A DNA stretch of 61,163 bases from Verrucomicrobiales bacterium (GTDB lineage Bacteria > Verrucomicrobiota > Verrucomicrobiia > Limisphaerales > JACDHS01), in contig JAQGOU010000251.1 of the NCBI GenBank assembly GCA_028293445.1, positions 1 to 61,163 on the forward strand. The letters run 5' to 3'. Positions 20,363-29,470 of this stretch are shown one piece after another (position 1 is the stretch's first letter; each line of letters opens with the position of its first letter). Below the pieces are notes generated by a model. It saw nothing but the letters and a program-made list of their open reading frames with translations, searched no databases and was not told the origin of the DNA. Both the position numbers and the translations under genes were made by a program.

Positions 20363-20398
20363 AAGCCGGCCTGATTCGTCAGGCCGGCTTTTTCGTTT
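20363..20398 (+). terminator. Intrinsic terminator of the giant gene
   Basis: AAGCCGGCCT (20363-20372) pairs perfectly with AGGCCGGCTT (20381-20390), with an 8-nt loop, followed by TTTTTCGTTT. Confidence 0.85.
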
Positions 20399-20408
20399 AT
20401 AGCGTAGC

Positions 20409-20609
20409 GCCGGTTTCCAAACGGGCTTGCGGCGAACTAACTCCCAAACTGTTGATTCTATGTTCATTCCTTACGCAAAGCCGGTTGGAAACGGGCGCTT
20501 CGCCGGAGCGCGGCCGGAGCGCCGACTTCCAAGTCGGCTTTCGACGCACGAATTACCGTAATGCACGTTTTCTCTTCATCGTTAACCCTAAGCCGGTTTG
20601 GAAACCGGC
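20409..20609. repeat. Cluster of four 17-18 bp palindromes of the form GCCG(G/A)(T/C)TT-SS-AA(A/G)(C/T)CGGC
   Basis: GCCGGTTTCCAAACGGGC at 20409, GCCGGTTGGAAACGGGC at 20480, GCCGACTTCCAAGTCGGC at 20521 (perfect) and GCCGGTTTGGAAACCGGC at 20592 (perfect). Spacings are 71/41/71, giving a 112-bp higher-order repeat. Confidence 0.85.
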
Positions 20610-20762
20610 GCTCCGCTCGGATAGCTCGCGGTTTGGGCGAACCTCGCTCGACGGGGCGTCTCTGGTCAGGCTTTCGGGGCTCAAAATTTCGGGAAAACAC
20701 CCTCGCCGGACCGAGCGGCGCGGAAGGAACTTCGGGAAGGAGGAATTGAGGTGCTTTTCGGA

Positions 20763-21140
20763 CGAAAAAGTTGTCGGAAAGTCGTCTCGGGATCGGATTT
20801 CCCGCCGCAGGGGAGGCGGGAAGTAGACTCGGGCGACCCTCCGGCGCTCCTCGGGAGGGTCGACCGAGTCTCGGGTGACCCTTCCGGACGTCTAAAAATC
20901 GGATCGGGAGTCTCCGAATCGACTTTCCCGCGGCAGGAAAATCGATTCCGAGCTTAAAACCGGCATTTTGGGGTCGGAAAACCCGTTTTTAGTCTCCGGG
21001 TCGAGTTTCCTGCGGCGGGAAAAGCGATCCCGAGTCTCCCAGGAGCCTTCCGGACGTCCAAAAAATCGATCCGGAGTCTCCCTCCTGCCTCCGGCGAAGC
21101 GCCGGAGGGTCGACCGAGTCTCAGGGAGGAAATTCAAAGC
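20763..21140. repeat. Tandem array 2: about 9 copies of a 42-bp unit built on CCGAG-T-CTCGG / CGGAG-T-CTCCG dyads and TTTCC-N6-GGAAA dyads
   Basis: G(T/A)CTC anchors at 20784, 20826, 20868, 20910, 20952, 20992, 21034, 21076 and 21118 (spacing 42, once 40). Mosaic sub-unit types recur at about 168 and 250 bp. Long hairpins are present, e.g. CGACCCTCC..GGAGGGTCG. Confidence 0.9.
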
Positions 21141-21261
21141 ACTGAATAGCAACAGTTAACGCAAAACAGTGAGCGCGGAACGCGGGGAAAAGTTGGCGGC
21201 TTTAATGATTAAAGTAAAAACGTCAACAAAAGATCAGAAAGAGCAGAAAAGAAGACTTTTT

Positions 21262-21293
21262 TAGACACTAATTACACAGATTAACACGAATTT
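21262..21293 (+). repeat. Solo copy of a dispersed ~30-nt element (TAGACACNAATTACACAGATTAACACGAA)
   Basis: 21262-21290 matches the reverse complement of 31929-31957 at 28 of 29 positions. Internally it is three ~10-nt ACAC(R)(R)ATT sub-repeats. Confidence 0.85.
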
Positions 21294-21472
21294 TTCAGAC
21301 CGGGAGGGGGAGACAAAGGGATGCTCACGAAGGAAGAAGGAAACGCCTTCTTAATTCGGAGGCAATGCCGAGCCGGAAGGAGAACATGCCCTTACTTTTG
21401 GCAGTCGCTTTAGAAACCGAGCTTGCTTCTTCAAGCTGACTTTTTACTTTGGCATTAGGTTAGGGAAACAAG

Positions 21473-22870
21473 ATGCCACTTCCAATCATCAGCGTTGCGC
21501 AGATGCGCGAATGGGAAAAGGCCACCTGGGCGACCGGACAAACGGAAGCCACTGTCATCGCGCTCGTCGGTCGCGCGATTGCCGAGCGGCTGTTGCAACT
21601 GACACCCGCAGGAACAGAAATTCTCGTGCTCGCCGGAAAGGGTCATAATGGCGATGACGCGAAGGCAGCCATCGCCCATCTCTCGGACCGCAAAGTAACG
21701 CTCCTGAATGTCATCGATCCCGAAGCGGCGTTAACCGAGGTGAGCCGACTGCCAAAGAATTTCGCCTTCATCGTCGATGGACTATTCGGCATTGGCTTGA
21801 GCCGTCCATTGAACGACTCGTGGCAGAAACTGATTGCCGCTATTAATGATTACGGCGTACCGATCCTTTCCATCGACGTCCCCTCTGGCTTGAACGGAGA
21901 CACGGGAAAGGTGGAAGGATCGGCGATTCGCGCCAGCGTGACGCTCACCGTGGGTGCGCCCAAGCTTGGGATGGTCTTTTCGCATGCAGTTCCATATGTG
22001 GGTCGACTTGAAACAGTGAGGAATATCGGCTTGGTTCCACCACCTCATCAGTCAGAACTCAACTGGATTACGGCCGAGGACTTCCGCAACTTTCCCCCAC
22101 CCCGCCCTGTCATCGCTCACAAAGGCTCTTTCGGACATCTCGCGATTGTTGCGGGAAGCGTCGGTTACCATGGAGCGGCAGTTCTGTGTGCTCGAGGTGC
22201 GTTGCGAGCACAACCCGGGTTGGTTTCGGTATTCACGCCCGAAAACGTTTACGTTCCGGTTGCTTCACAATTACAAGCGGCGATGGTTCATCCCTGGAAA
22301 CCAGGAGCTTCACTGCCAGCCAATTGCACCGCGTTATTATTCGGTCCAGGACTGGCGTCGAAGGATCTGCCAGCCGAATGCAAGAGTGAGCTGCAGCATT
22401 TGTGGCAAACTTCGCCCTTGCCGGTGATTGTCGATGCGAGTGCGTTGGATTGGATTCCGAACGGCAGGGTGGATTCACATGCCCTCCGCGTGATCACTCC
22501 GCATCCCGGTGAAGCGGCTCGCAAGCTGAACTGTTCCACCGACGCGGTGCAATCCGATCGGGTCGCTTCATTGCGCGAACTTTCCCGCCGTTACGGAAAG
22601 TGCTGGGTCGTGTTGAAAGGACACCAAACGCTCATTGGTCGCGACGTCGGCGGGATCTCCATAAACCCTTCCGGTAACCCATACCTCGCCCAGGGCGGAA
22701 GCGGCGATCTCCTCGCCGGTTTGCTCGCAGGATTAATGGCACAACCCACGTTGCAAACAGTCGCGGAACAAACGCTCCGTTACGGAGTTTGGCGACACGG
22801 ATCAGTCGCGGATCAACTGAATGAAACGACCCGGCCATGGACGGTGGAAGAACTGGCCTCTGTGCTTTGA
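21473..22870 (+). CDS. nnr: Bifunctional NAD(P)H-hydrate repair enzyme (epimerase + ADP-dependent dehydratase)
   Basis: YjeF-N part (LVLAGKGHNGDDAKAA, DGLFGIGLSRPL, SIDVPSGL) plus the carbohydrate-kinase-like C part (HKGSFGHLAIVAGS.GYHGAAVL, GGSGDLLAGLLAGL). Confidence 0.9.
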   Translation: MPLPIISVAQMREWEKATWATGQTEATVIALVGRAIAERLLQLTPAGTEILVLAGKGHNGDDAKAAIAHLSDRKVTLLNVIDPEAALTEVSRLPKNFAFIVDGLFGIGLSRPLNDSWQKLIAAINDYGVPILSIDVPSGLNGDTGKVEGSAIRASVTLTVGAPKLGMVFSHAVPYVGRLETVRNIGLVPPPHQSELNWITAEDFRNFPPPRPVIAHKGSFGHLAIVAGSVGYHGAAVLCARGALRAQPGLVSVFTPENVYVPVASQLQAAMVHPWKPGASLPANCTALLFGPGLASKDLPAECKSELQHLWQTSPLPVIVDASALDWIPNGRVDSHALRVITPHPGEAARKLNCSTDAVQSDRVASLRELSRRYGKCWVVLKGHQTLIGRDVGGISINPSGNPYLAQGGSGDLLAGLLAGLMAQPTLQTVAEQTLRYGVWRHGSVADQLNETTRPWTVEELASVL

Positions 22871-22950
22871 CGCGAAAGTGCTGCGCTGGACGAATTTCGC
22901 CGCACAAAAACCTTTCTTTGCCCGAAACGCTTTGTTATGCAAAACGAGAC

Positions 22951-23937
22951 ATGCGCAATTTAAAATTCCTTTTCACTTTCTGCTCCTTGTTTGCGCTGTT
23001 ACAGGGGTTGATTCACGCAGGAACCTATGGGCTGATCGACGGCCAGCAGATTAGCGGCGACCCGATTTCCTACGATGCAAAGGGGGTCATTCTAAAGTCG
23101 GATGGAACCGTCATGGAACGAACACCGTGGTCGAAATTCACGCAGGACGCCCTCAAACAGCTTCGGACCGAAGCCAAAACCGCGAAAGACAAAGCGTTGA
23201 TCGATCCCCTGATCGAAGAAGACATTCAGCAGAAAGCCAAAGCAAAAGAAATCACCGTCAAAGAGGTGGAACATCTCGAGCGACCGACCGGGAAGACCGG
23301 TTTTTTCACCTTGTTCACCAGCCCACTGGGACTATTCATTTTGCTCGCCGTTTACGGTGCCACCATTTATGCCGGTTACGAAGTAGCGCGTTATAAGAAC
23401 CTGTCGGTAGGATTGGTTGCGGGGCTGGCCGCGATTCCCTTCCTCGGTTTCCTTTCCCCGATCGCTTTCTTGTTTGTGCAACCGAAGACTCACGCCGAAG
23501 TGTTGCACGCGCATCGGGCTGCCGAAGAAGCGCACCAACACGAAGCTACGGATTACGTGGCACCGTCAGCAGAGACGCAAGCTGCGTATGTCGAGGGCGG
23601 CGCTGAGCCGTATCCTGCGGCGGCGCAAGAAGAACAACAGCCGGTTGCGCCGGTCGCCGCCGCGGTGGTTACCTTTCGCCGTGGAGAATTCACCTTCAAC
23701 CGCCGCTTTTTCGAAACGAAGTTCGCTGGCTTTGTCCGCCCGGTGCTGGGCGAAGCGGAAAAGAATTCCGTGCTCTACGTCAAGTCCCTTCGAGGTGAGT
23801 TTCTTGCTCGAAAAATCTCCAGCGTGACGCAGAACGAAGTGGTGTTCCAAATTTTCAAAGACGAAGCCACCGCAGATGAAGCCATTCCGTTCAGTGAAGT
23901 CAGCGAAGTCCAGATCCGTCCCAGAGAGACCGCTTGA
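22951..23937 (+). CDS. Hypothetical membrane protein (signal peptide, two TM helices, Ala/Glu/Gln-rich linker, conserved-looking C-terminal domain)
   Basis: The ATG at 22951 gives MRNLKFLFTFCSLFALLQGLIHA (the track start at 22837 overlaps nnr). TM segments FFTLFTSPLGLFILLAVYGATIYAGY and LVAGLAAIPFLGFLSPIAFLFV. No family recognised. Confidence 0.6.
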   Translation: MRNLKFLFTFCSLFALLQGLIHAGTYGLIDGQQISGDPISYDAKGVILKSDGTVMERTPWSKFTQDALKQLRTEAKTAKDKALIDPLIEEDIQQKAKAKEITVKEVEHLERPTGKTGFFTLFTSPLGLFILLAVYGATIYAGYEVARYKNLSVGLVAGLAAIPFLGFLSPIAFLFVQPKTHAEVLHAHRAAEEAHQHEATDYVAPSAETQAAYVEGGAEPYPAAAQEEQQPVAPVAAAVVTFRRGEFTFNRRFFETKFAGFVRPVLGEAEKNSVLYVKSLRGEFLARKISSVTQNEVVFQIFKDEATADEAIPFSEVSEVQIRPRETA

Positions 23938-23982
23938 AGAGAGTCTCAATTGAATTAAAGTCATTTTTATTCGTTCTGAATT

Positions 23983-24564
23983 ATGAAATATCGCACGTTT
24001 CTCCTGTTCGGTGCGCCGGGTTCCGGCAAGGGCACTCAAGGTAAAATCCTGGGGACGATCCCCAACTTTTTTCACTGCTCGTGCGGCGATGTTTTTCGCG
24101 GCCTGACAATTGAAAGTGAACTGGGAAAAATTTTCCTGGACTACTCCAGCAAGGGCCAATTGGTTCCGGACGAACCCACCGTGCAACTCTGGCGCGAGAA
24201 AATCAAAGGCCAACAAATGGTCGGCCGGTTCAACCCGGAACGCGATACGCTGATTCTCGACGGCATTCCGCGCAATCCAGCTCAAGCCCGAATCTTGAGC
24301 GATACTCTGGACGTCAAAGCCGTATTTTATTTGAGCTGCCCGGATTTCACCAAACTGGTGGAACGCCTGCAGCGCCGTGCCCTCCGCGAGAATCGTCTCG
24401 ACGACGCAAACCTCGACGTGATTCGCCAGCGGTTGGAAACCTACGAAAGCGAAACCAAACCTGTGCTGGAGCACTACGGCCCGGCGCTCGTCCACACCAT
24501 TGATTCCACCCAGACGCCGGTGAATGTATTGCGCGATATTTTGCGAGTCATTGCGAAGACGTAG
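23983..24564 (+). CDS. adk: Adenylate kinase (short form)
   Basis: P-loop LLFGAPGSGKGTQ, LVPDE, ILDGIPRN, and C-terminal QRLETYESETKPVLEHY. Confidence 0.9.
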   Translation: MKYRTFLLFGAPGSGKGTQGKILGTIPNFFHCSCGDVFRGLTIESELGKIFLDYSSKGQLVPDEPTVQLWREKIKGQQMVGRFNPERDTLILDGIPRNPAQARILSDTLDVKAVFYLSCPDFTKLVERLQRRALRENRLDDANLDVIRQRLETYESETKPVLEHYGPALVHTIDSTQTPVNVLRDILRVIAKT

Positions 24565-24595
24565 GTCGTTGCGCCGGGCACAGCCTCAGTTTCAA

Positions 24596-24627
24596 AGCCG
24601 CGTCGCACAGACGCGGCTCTATTTTTT
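24596..24627 (+). terminator. Intrinsic terminator after adk, ending 2 nt before the fmt ATG
   Basis: AGCCGCGTC (24596-24604), loop GCACA, GACGCGGCT (24610-24618), then CTATTTTTT. Confidence 0.8.
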
Positions 24628-24629
24628 AT

Positions 24630-25568
24630 ATGTTACGAGTGATTTTCATGGGAACAGCAGAGCTTGCCTGCGCAAGTCTCGAGGCGTTATCTCAAGACTC
24701 CGGAATGCAGGTCGTTGCGGTCGTCACCCAACCGGACCGTCCAAAAGGACGCGACCTGAAATTGCAGCCCTCCGCAGTCAAGGAACTTGCGCTGCGTAAA
24801 AATCTCCCGGTGCTGCAACCTGAAAAGGCGCGGCACGAATCGTTCATTCAAATATTGCGGGAGCTGAATCCGGACTTGATCGTTGTCGCCGCGTATGGAC
24901 AAATTTTGCCGCAAACCATGTTGGATCTGCCGCGTTTTGGCTGCTTGAATGTTCACACTTCCCTGCTCCCGAAATATCGCGGTGCCGCGCCGATCCAGTG
25001 GGCGATCTTGAACGGGGATGCAGAAACAGGGGTGACGATCATGAAAATGGACGCGGGTCTCGATACCGGCGACATGCTTGCGACCGTCAGCACGCGAATC
25101 GAAGAGAGTGACGATGCGCAAACCTTGCACGATCGACTCGCACAGCTCGGCGCTGAGTTGCTTATGAAAACAATTCCCGAATTCGTCGCGGGGAAAATCA
25201 CTCCACAAAAGCAACCCGAGGGCTCTACTTATGCCCGGAAAATTACAAGGGAAGATGCGCGGTTCGACTGGACGAAGCCAGCGCGGGATTTGTGGAATCA
25301 ACTACGCGCATTCACCCCATGGCCTGGAGCTTTTACATTTCAAGCTGCACAGCCCAAGCCGCGTCTGTTAAAAATCTGGAAAGTCGAGATGGCGCCTTTT
25401 CACGGGAAACCTGGAGAGGTTCTCAGCGCCGATCGAAATGGAATCGTGGTCGCCTGCGGTCAGGACGCCTTGCGCATTCTCGTGCTGCAACGTGAAGGCG
25501 GTAAGCGACTGAACGCCCAGGACTTCCTCTCCGGCAGTGAAATAAAAGCTGGCGACTACTTTGATTGA
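24630..25568 (+). CDS. fmt: Methionyl-tRNA formyltransferase
   Basis: VIFMGTAELA, QPDRPKGR, NVHTSLLPKYRGAAPIQWAILNGD.ETGVTIMKMDAGLDTGD. Confidence 0.95.
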   Translation: MLRVIFMGTAELACASLEALSQDSGMQVVAVVTQPDRPKGRDLKLQPSAVKELALRKNLPVLQPEKARHESFIQILRELNPDLIVVAAYGQILPQTMLDLPRFGCLNVHTSLLPKYRGAAPIQWAILNGDAETGVTIMKMDAGLDTGDMLATVSTRIEESDDAQTLHDRLAQLGAELLMKTIPEFVAGKITPQKQPEGSTYARKITREDARFDWTKPARDLWNQLRAFTPWPGAFTFQAAQPKPRLLKIWKVEMAPFHGKPGEVLSADRNGIVVACGQDALRILVLQREGGKRLNAQDFLSGSEIKAGDYFD

Positions 25569-27874
25569 CGCCCTTGAGCCTGGGTCACGGCGTGCGGTTC
25601 GTTTTCAGAGAGAACAACAAAATCCGCGAGGATCCGCTTTGTCTCCTCCAGAGTCGTGTCTACAGGTGGCGTTTTATCTTCTGGCTCGATCGTTGGATCC
25701 AAATCTTCTTCGACAACTTTCTCCACCTTGGCCACAGGCTGGAGACCCGGCAAATCGAAATTCTTAAGCGTCACTTCGTAAATCTTTTCAGTAACCGGTT
25801 TCCGTCCCTTGCGTTCTTTCTTCCTGGCCTCGACGCTTTCCTTTTGTTCTGTTTTTTCTTTTCGACGCTGCTCTTCGTTTAATCCGACCGTCTTATCGGC
25901 GATTATCTTTTTAAACCGTTCGATGTCCTCCCGTATGTAAGCAAAGTCTTTATCAGTTTGCACCCGGCGCTCGGAACGTTTTCGCAACTCCGGCAGGTAG
26001 CTTTCCACCCAATTGAGTTTATCATACTTCGCACTGCTGATTTCGTCCCAGATCAATGGCGCATCAAGGGACGCTTCACCCACTTCGGCGTAATTATTCA
26101 CCGAAGGCAGAATGACATCAGGAATCACACCCTTCAATTGAGTCGAGGAACCACTGGCGCGATAAAACTTTCGGATGGTCGGCTTCAAGGCCCCGGGATG
26201 ATAGTCAAAGGTAAGCCCATTCTGTGTCATCACCGGCGCGAGTTGAATCAGCGACTGCACAGTACCTTTTCCGTGTGTGGAAGAATCACCAACGATCAGC
26301 GCACGGCCATAATCCTGGAGAGCACCTGCTAAAATTTCTGATGCGGAAGCACTGAACCGACTGGTCAGAACCACGAGAGGGCCAGCGTAAAGAATGTTCG
26401 TGTCTGTGTCCGACTCAACGATAACGCTGCCGTCTGGATCTTTGGTCTGAACGACAGGACCTTTCTTGATGAACAAACCGGTGAGTTTGATGGCCTCATT
26501 GAGCGAACCGCCACCATTCCTGCGCAAATCGATAATCAAACCATCAACCTTTTCCTGGTTCAATTTTTGCAGAATCTTCGAGACGTCTGCAGACGTGCTC
26601 TTGTGTTCGCCGGCTCCCCCGCGATTGTCCATGTCTTCGTAAAAAGAATTCAAATCAAGGACACCAACCCGGAATGTCTTCTGCTTTTCAGCCGGAAACT
26701 CCATGATCTTTGCCTTGGCTTCCTGGTCTTCGAGTTTGATTTCATCCCGAACCAGGCTCACTGCTTTGCGAACTGACGAATCTGCCGCGTCATGCGGGAC
26801 GACGACCAGCTTTACGACCGTTCCTTTCGTGCCACGAATCAGGTCCACGGCCTTGGACAATTTCATGTCAACGATATCAACCGGCTCAGCCTCGCCTTGT
26901 CCGACGGCAACAATTTTGTCCTTTACGTGAAGTTGATGGCTCTTCTGCGCAGGACCGGGAACCAGCTCTTTGATTTGGCAATAGCCGTCAATCGATTCGA
27001 GCACTGCGCCGATGCCGAAGAGCGACAGCTTCATTTGAATATTAAAATTCTCAAATTGAGAACGACCCATGTAATCGGAATGCGGGTCATACACATGCGC
27101 CAATGACGTCAGGTAAATCTCGAAAACCTCGTCATGACTCAACTCACGAAGCGTCTTGAGCAAACGCGCATAACGACCTGAAATTTTCTTGGAGATATCT
27201 TCCGGTTCTTTTTTCTTGGGAACCTGCACGTCCAACGGATTGACCTTGGGAGCCTTTAACGGGTTCTCTTTTTTCTTGGGCTGAAAATCACTTTGCACTT
27301 CACGCACCTTGAAATTCGGGGAGGCATCGGCGGCGGATAGTTTTTCTTCGAGAAACTCGTAGCGGAGATGCTGGCGCCAGATCTTTTGCGCTTCGGCCAT
27401 ATCCTTTGGATAAGGCGCGTTCTTGCGATCCAAATTGTAACGGTCGTTATCTTTGAAATCGAATTTCTCGCTTTGCAGGAGGTTCGTGCTGTAGGTGACG
27501 CGCTGTTCGACTCGTTGCAGAAGACGCGCAAAGATAATCTGCGCAGGGGTCGTGTCCCCTTTTTTCAAGGTCAAGTCGTCAAGAGTCGTTCGATATTTCT
27601 CAAACTCAGCCAGATCGCTTAGCAGGAAATGGATGTGCATTCCATCCAGTGTATCCAGATAGCGGTCCAGGAACTTGCTGGAAACGGCATCGTCGAAAGG
27701 AGTCTGCGAATAATGCGATCGCTCGAGCATTTTACCCACCAGCCGGGCGATGTTCCGTTCGGTTTCGTCCGGCGCCGAAGTGGAACCAGCTGCCTTTTTG
27801 GCGGTAACATCCGGCTCGGCTGCGAACAAGGTACACGCCAGCTGGAAACAAAAGAGAAATGTTAAACGTTTCAC
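25556..27874 (-). CDS. prc: Tail-specific (C-terminal processing) protease, S41 family, with a PDZ domain
   Basis: The GTG start gives the signal peptide MKRLTFLFCFQLACTLFA. Motifs: DLRRNGGGSLNEA, catalytic region TSRFSASASEILAGALQDYGRALIVGDSSTHGKGTVQ. The 3' end overlaps the fmt 3' end by 13 nt (convergent genes). Confidence 0.9.
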   Translation of the reverse strand: MKRLTFLFCFQLACTLFAAEPDVTAKKAAGSTSAPDETERNIARLVGKMLERSHYSQTPFDDAVSSKFLDRYLDTLDGMHIHFLLSDLAEFEKYRTTLDDLTLKKGDTTPAQIIFARLLQRVEQRVTYSTNLLQSEKFDFKDNDRYNLDRKNAPYPKDMAEAQKIWRQHLRYEFLEEKLSAADASPNFKVREVQSDFQPKKKENPLKAPKVNPLDVQVPKKKEPEDISKKISGRYARLLKTLRELSHDEVFEIYLTSLAHVYDPHSDYMGRSQFENFNIQMKLSLFGIGAVLESIDGYCQIKELVPGPAQKSHQLHVKDKIVAVGQGEAEPVDIVDMKLSKAVDLIRGTKGTVVKLVVVPHDAADSSVRKAVSLVRDEIKLEDQEAKAKIMEFPAEKQKTFRVGVLDLNSFYEDMDNRGGAGEHKSTSADVSKILQKLNQEKVDGLIIDLRRNGGGSLNEAIKLTGLFIKKGPVVQTKDPDGSVIVESDTDTNILYAGPLVVLTSRFSASASEILAGALQDYGRALIVGDSSTHGKGTVQSLIQLAPVMTQNGLTFDYHPGALKPTIRKFYRASGSSTQLKGVIPDVILPSVNNYAEVGEASLDAPLIWDEISSAKYDKLNWVESYLPELRKRSERRVQTDKDFAYIREDIERFKKIIADKTVGLNEEQRRKEKTEQKESVEARKKERKGRKPVTEKIYEVTLKNFDLPGLQPVAKVEKVVEEDLDPTIEPEDKTPPVDTTLEETKRILADFVVLSENEPHAVTQAQGRQSK

Positions 27875-27914
27875 GTAATGGGGAAAGACCCCGCACTAAA
27901 GTATCAAACAAAAA

Positions 27915-28655
27915 TTATTTTTCAATTCCGACTAATTCGAGTTCCGTTACCAGTGTCTCATTGGCTTTAATGTTACGTCCGGCACCCTGTTCTCCGTAGG
28001 CGAGCTCCGGGGCAATGTAAAACTCATAAACGGCTCCTTCTTTCATCAGTTGCAGGCCTTCCTGCCATCCTTTCATGAGACTGCGCACGTGGGAACCGAT
28101 CGGTTTGGGCAGGCGATGTGAGTCATCGAGCAGATTGCCTTCAATGCCTTTGACCACGTAATGAAAACGAACGCGGTCTGTGGCGACCGGCGTCGCTCCC
28201 GTGCCCTCTTTAATGACTTTGTATTGCAGACCACTGGCGGTAACTTTCACTCCCTCTTTCTTTTGGTTTTCTTCCAAAAACTTCGCGCCGATACGGCGAT
28301 TCTTCACACCTTCGAGTTCAGTCGTCTTCTTCTCCAGCGCATTCATTTCCTTCTCAAACTTTTCCATCAACTCTTTGGCCTCATCATATTCCATGATCGG
28401 TTTCTTCGCATCGAACGCGTCCCGAAAACCTTGGATCATCCGCTCTTTGTCCAGTTCGTCCCGGTGCGCCATATGAAAACCAGCCATGTCAAAACCGATC
28501 GCATAACTGACTTTTTCCTTTTCCGTTTTCAGGGCGGGCCAACGAGGAGCCTCGACTGCGTTCGTTTTGGACGCTTCGTCCTTCTTAATTGGCTCGTCTG
28601 CAAAAACTGGAACCGCCAAAGCCAACAAAGCAAAGAAAATAGATTTCGTGTTCAT
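27915..28655 (-). CDS. FKBP-type peptidyl-prolyl cis-trans isomerase (FkpA/Mip-like, secreted)
   Basis: Signal peptide MNTKSIFFALLALAVPVFA, a helical dimerisation region, then GLQYKVIKEGTG..VRFHY..G..GW.EGLQLMKEG..YEFYIAPELAYG. Confidence 0.9.
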   Translation of the reverse strand: MNTKSIFFALLALAVPVFADEPIKKDEASKTNAVEAPRWPALKTEKEKVSYAIGFDMAGFHMAHRDELDKERMIQGFRDAFDAKKPIMEYDEAKELMEKFEKEMNALEKKTTELEGVKNRRIGAKFLEENQKKEGVKVTASGLQYKVIKEGTGATPVATDRVRFHYVVKGIEGNLLDDSHRLPKPIGSHVRSLMKGWQEGLQLMKEGAVYEFYIAPELAYGEQGAGRNIKANETLVTELELVGIEK

Positions 28656-28810
28656 GTAAGTGTGTGAATTATCCTAGGATAGAGCGCAAAAAAGCTCAAG
28701 CGTTCAAGATTTTTAATATTTTATTTGCTCAGCGGCGACCGGAAAATCTTCGGTGCGCGACATCAAGCAAGCAATGCGGTTCGGAGGAATTGCCAGCCCG
28801 GCCCCTTCTG

Positions 28811-29149
28811 CTATCGGTTCGTCGTTGTTGACGGCAAATTCGTGAGAGTCGAGACAGTATTGGTGTTCGTCGGTTTTTTGAGAAATTTTGTGAATCGGGT
28901 CTCCGGAAGGTAATTGATACTTCGGTAATACAGAGACTCGAGGTTGATGGATGAATACGGATCTCCCACCGTGAAGAGCCAGCCCATATAAAGTATAAAG
29001 CCGACAACGCACCACATTCGCTTCTTGCCCTTTTTGACCGACCTCGAGTCCACGATAATCATCAACACCAAGGCGAGGATTAATCCCAGAACTCCGGTGA
29101 CAAGGAGTGTGAGCAACGCCCATCTCGGGTCCATCATGATGGCTTCCAT
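28811..29149 (-). CDS. Small two-TM membrane protein (hypothetical)
   Basis: WALLTLLVTGVLGLILALVLMIIV and WCVVGFILYMGWLFTV hydrophobic helices. The C-terminal third is low complexity, and competing frames overlap it. This is a weak call. Confidence 0.4.
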   Translation of the reverse strand: MEAIMMDPRWALLTLLVTGVLGLILALVLMIIVDSRSVKKGKKRMWCVVGFILYMGWLFTVGDPYSSINLESLYYRSINYLPETRFTKFLKKPTNTNTVSTLTNLPSTTTNR

Positions 29150-29470
29150 AAGTTACTTAGCGCATGACCAGAGGGATTCATTCAAGCCCAAAGTTTTTAT
29201 GGCCTTCTTCATATTTGCGTCCATGGGATGCTAAGCGCCAACAATGCCAAGTCTCAATGCAGAGAAATACCCTCCTGATCGCTCAGCGAAAACCCGTACT
29301 GTTCCTCGGCGGATTTCGAAGGTTGCCGCAAGTTGTTCAGCCATTTTCGCAAGGGAAGTACATCTATCAGCCCGATGGAAAGTGCCTGTTTGGTTCCTTA
29401 GTATTAGGTGAAACTGTTGGTGCAGTTTTCCCAGTCCAAACGGAAAATCTCTAACTCAACAAGGAGCCTT

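Noticed and set aside
20359-21159. ORFs 20359..20826, 20464..20700, 20561..20749, 20751..20957, 20892..21152 and 20968..21159 in the array-2 region
   Set aside because: They are overlapping mutual shadow frames in a GC-rich palindromic repeat. They have Arg/Gly/Ser-rich low-complexity translations, and they lie directly after a strong terminator.
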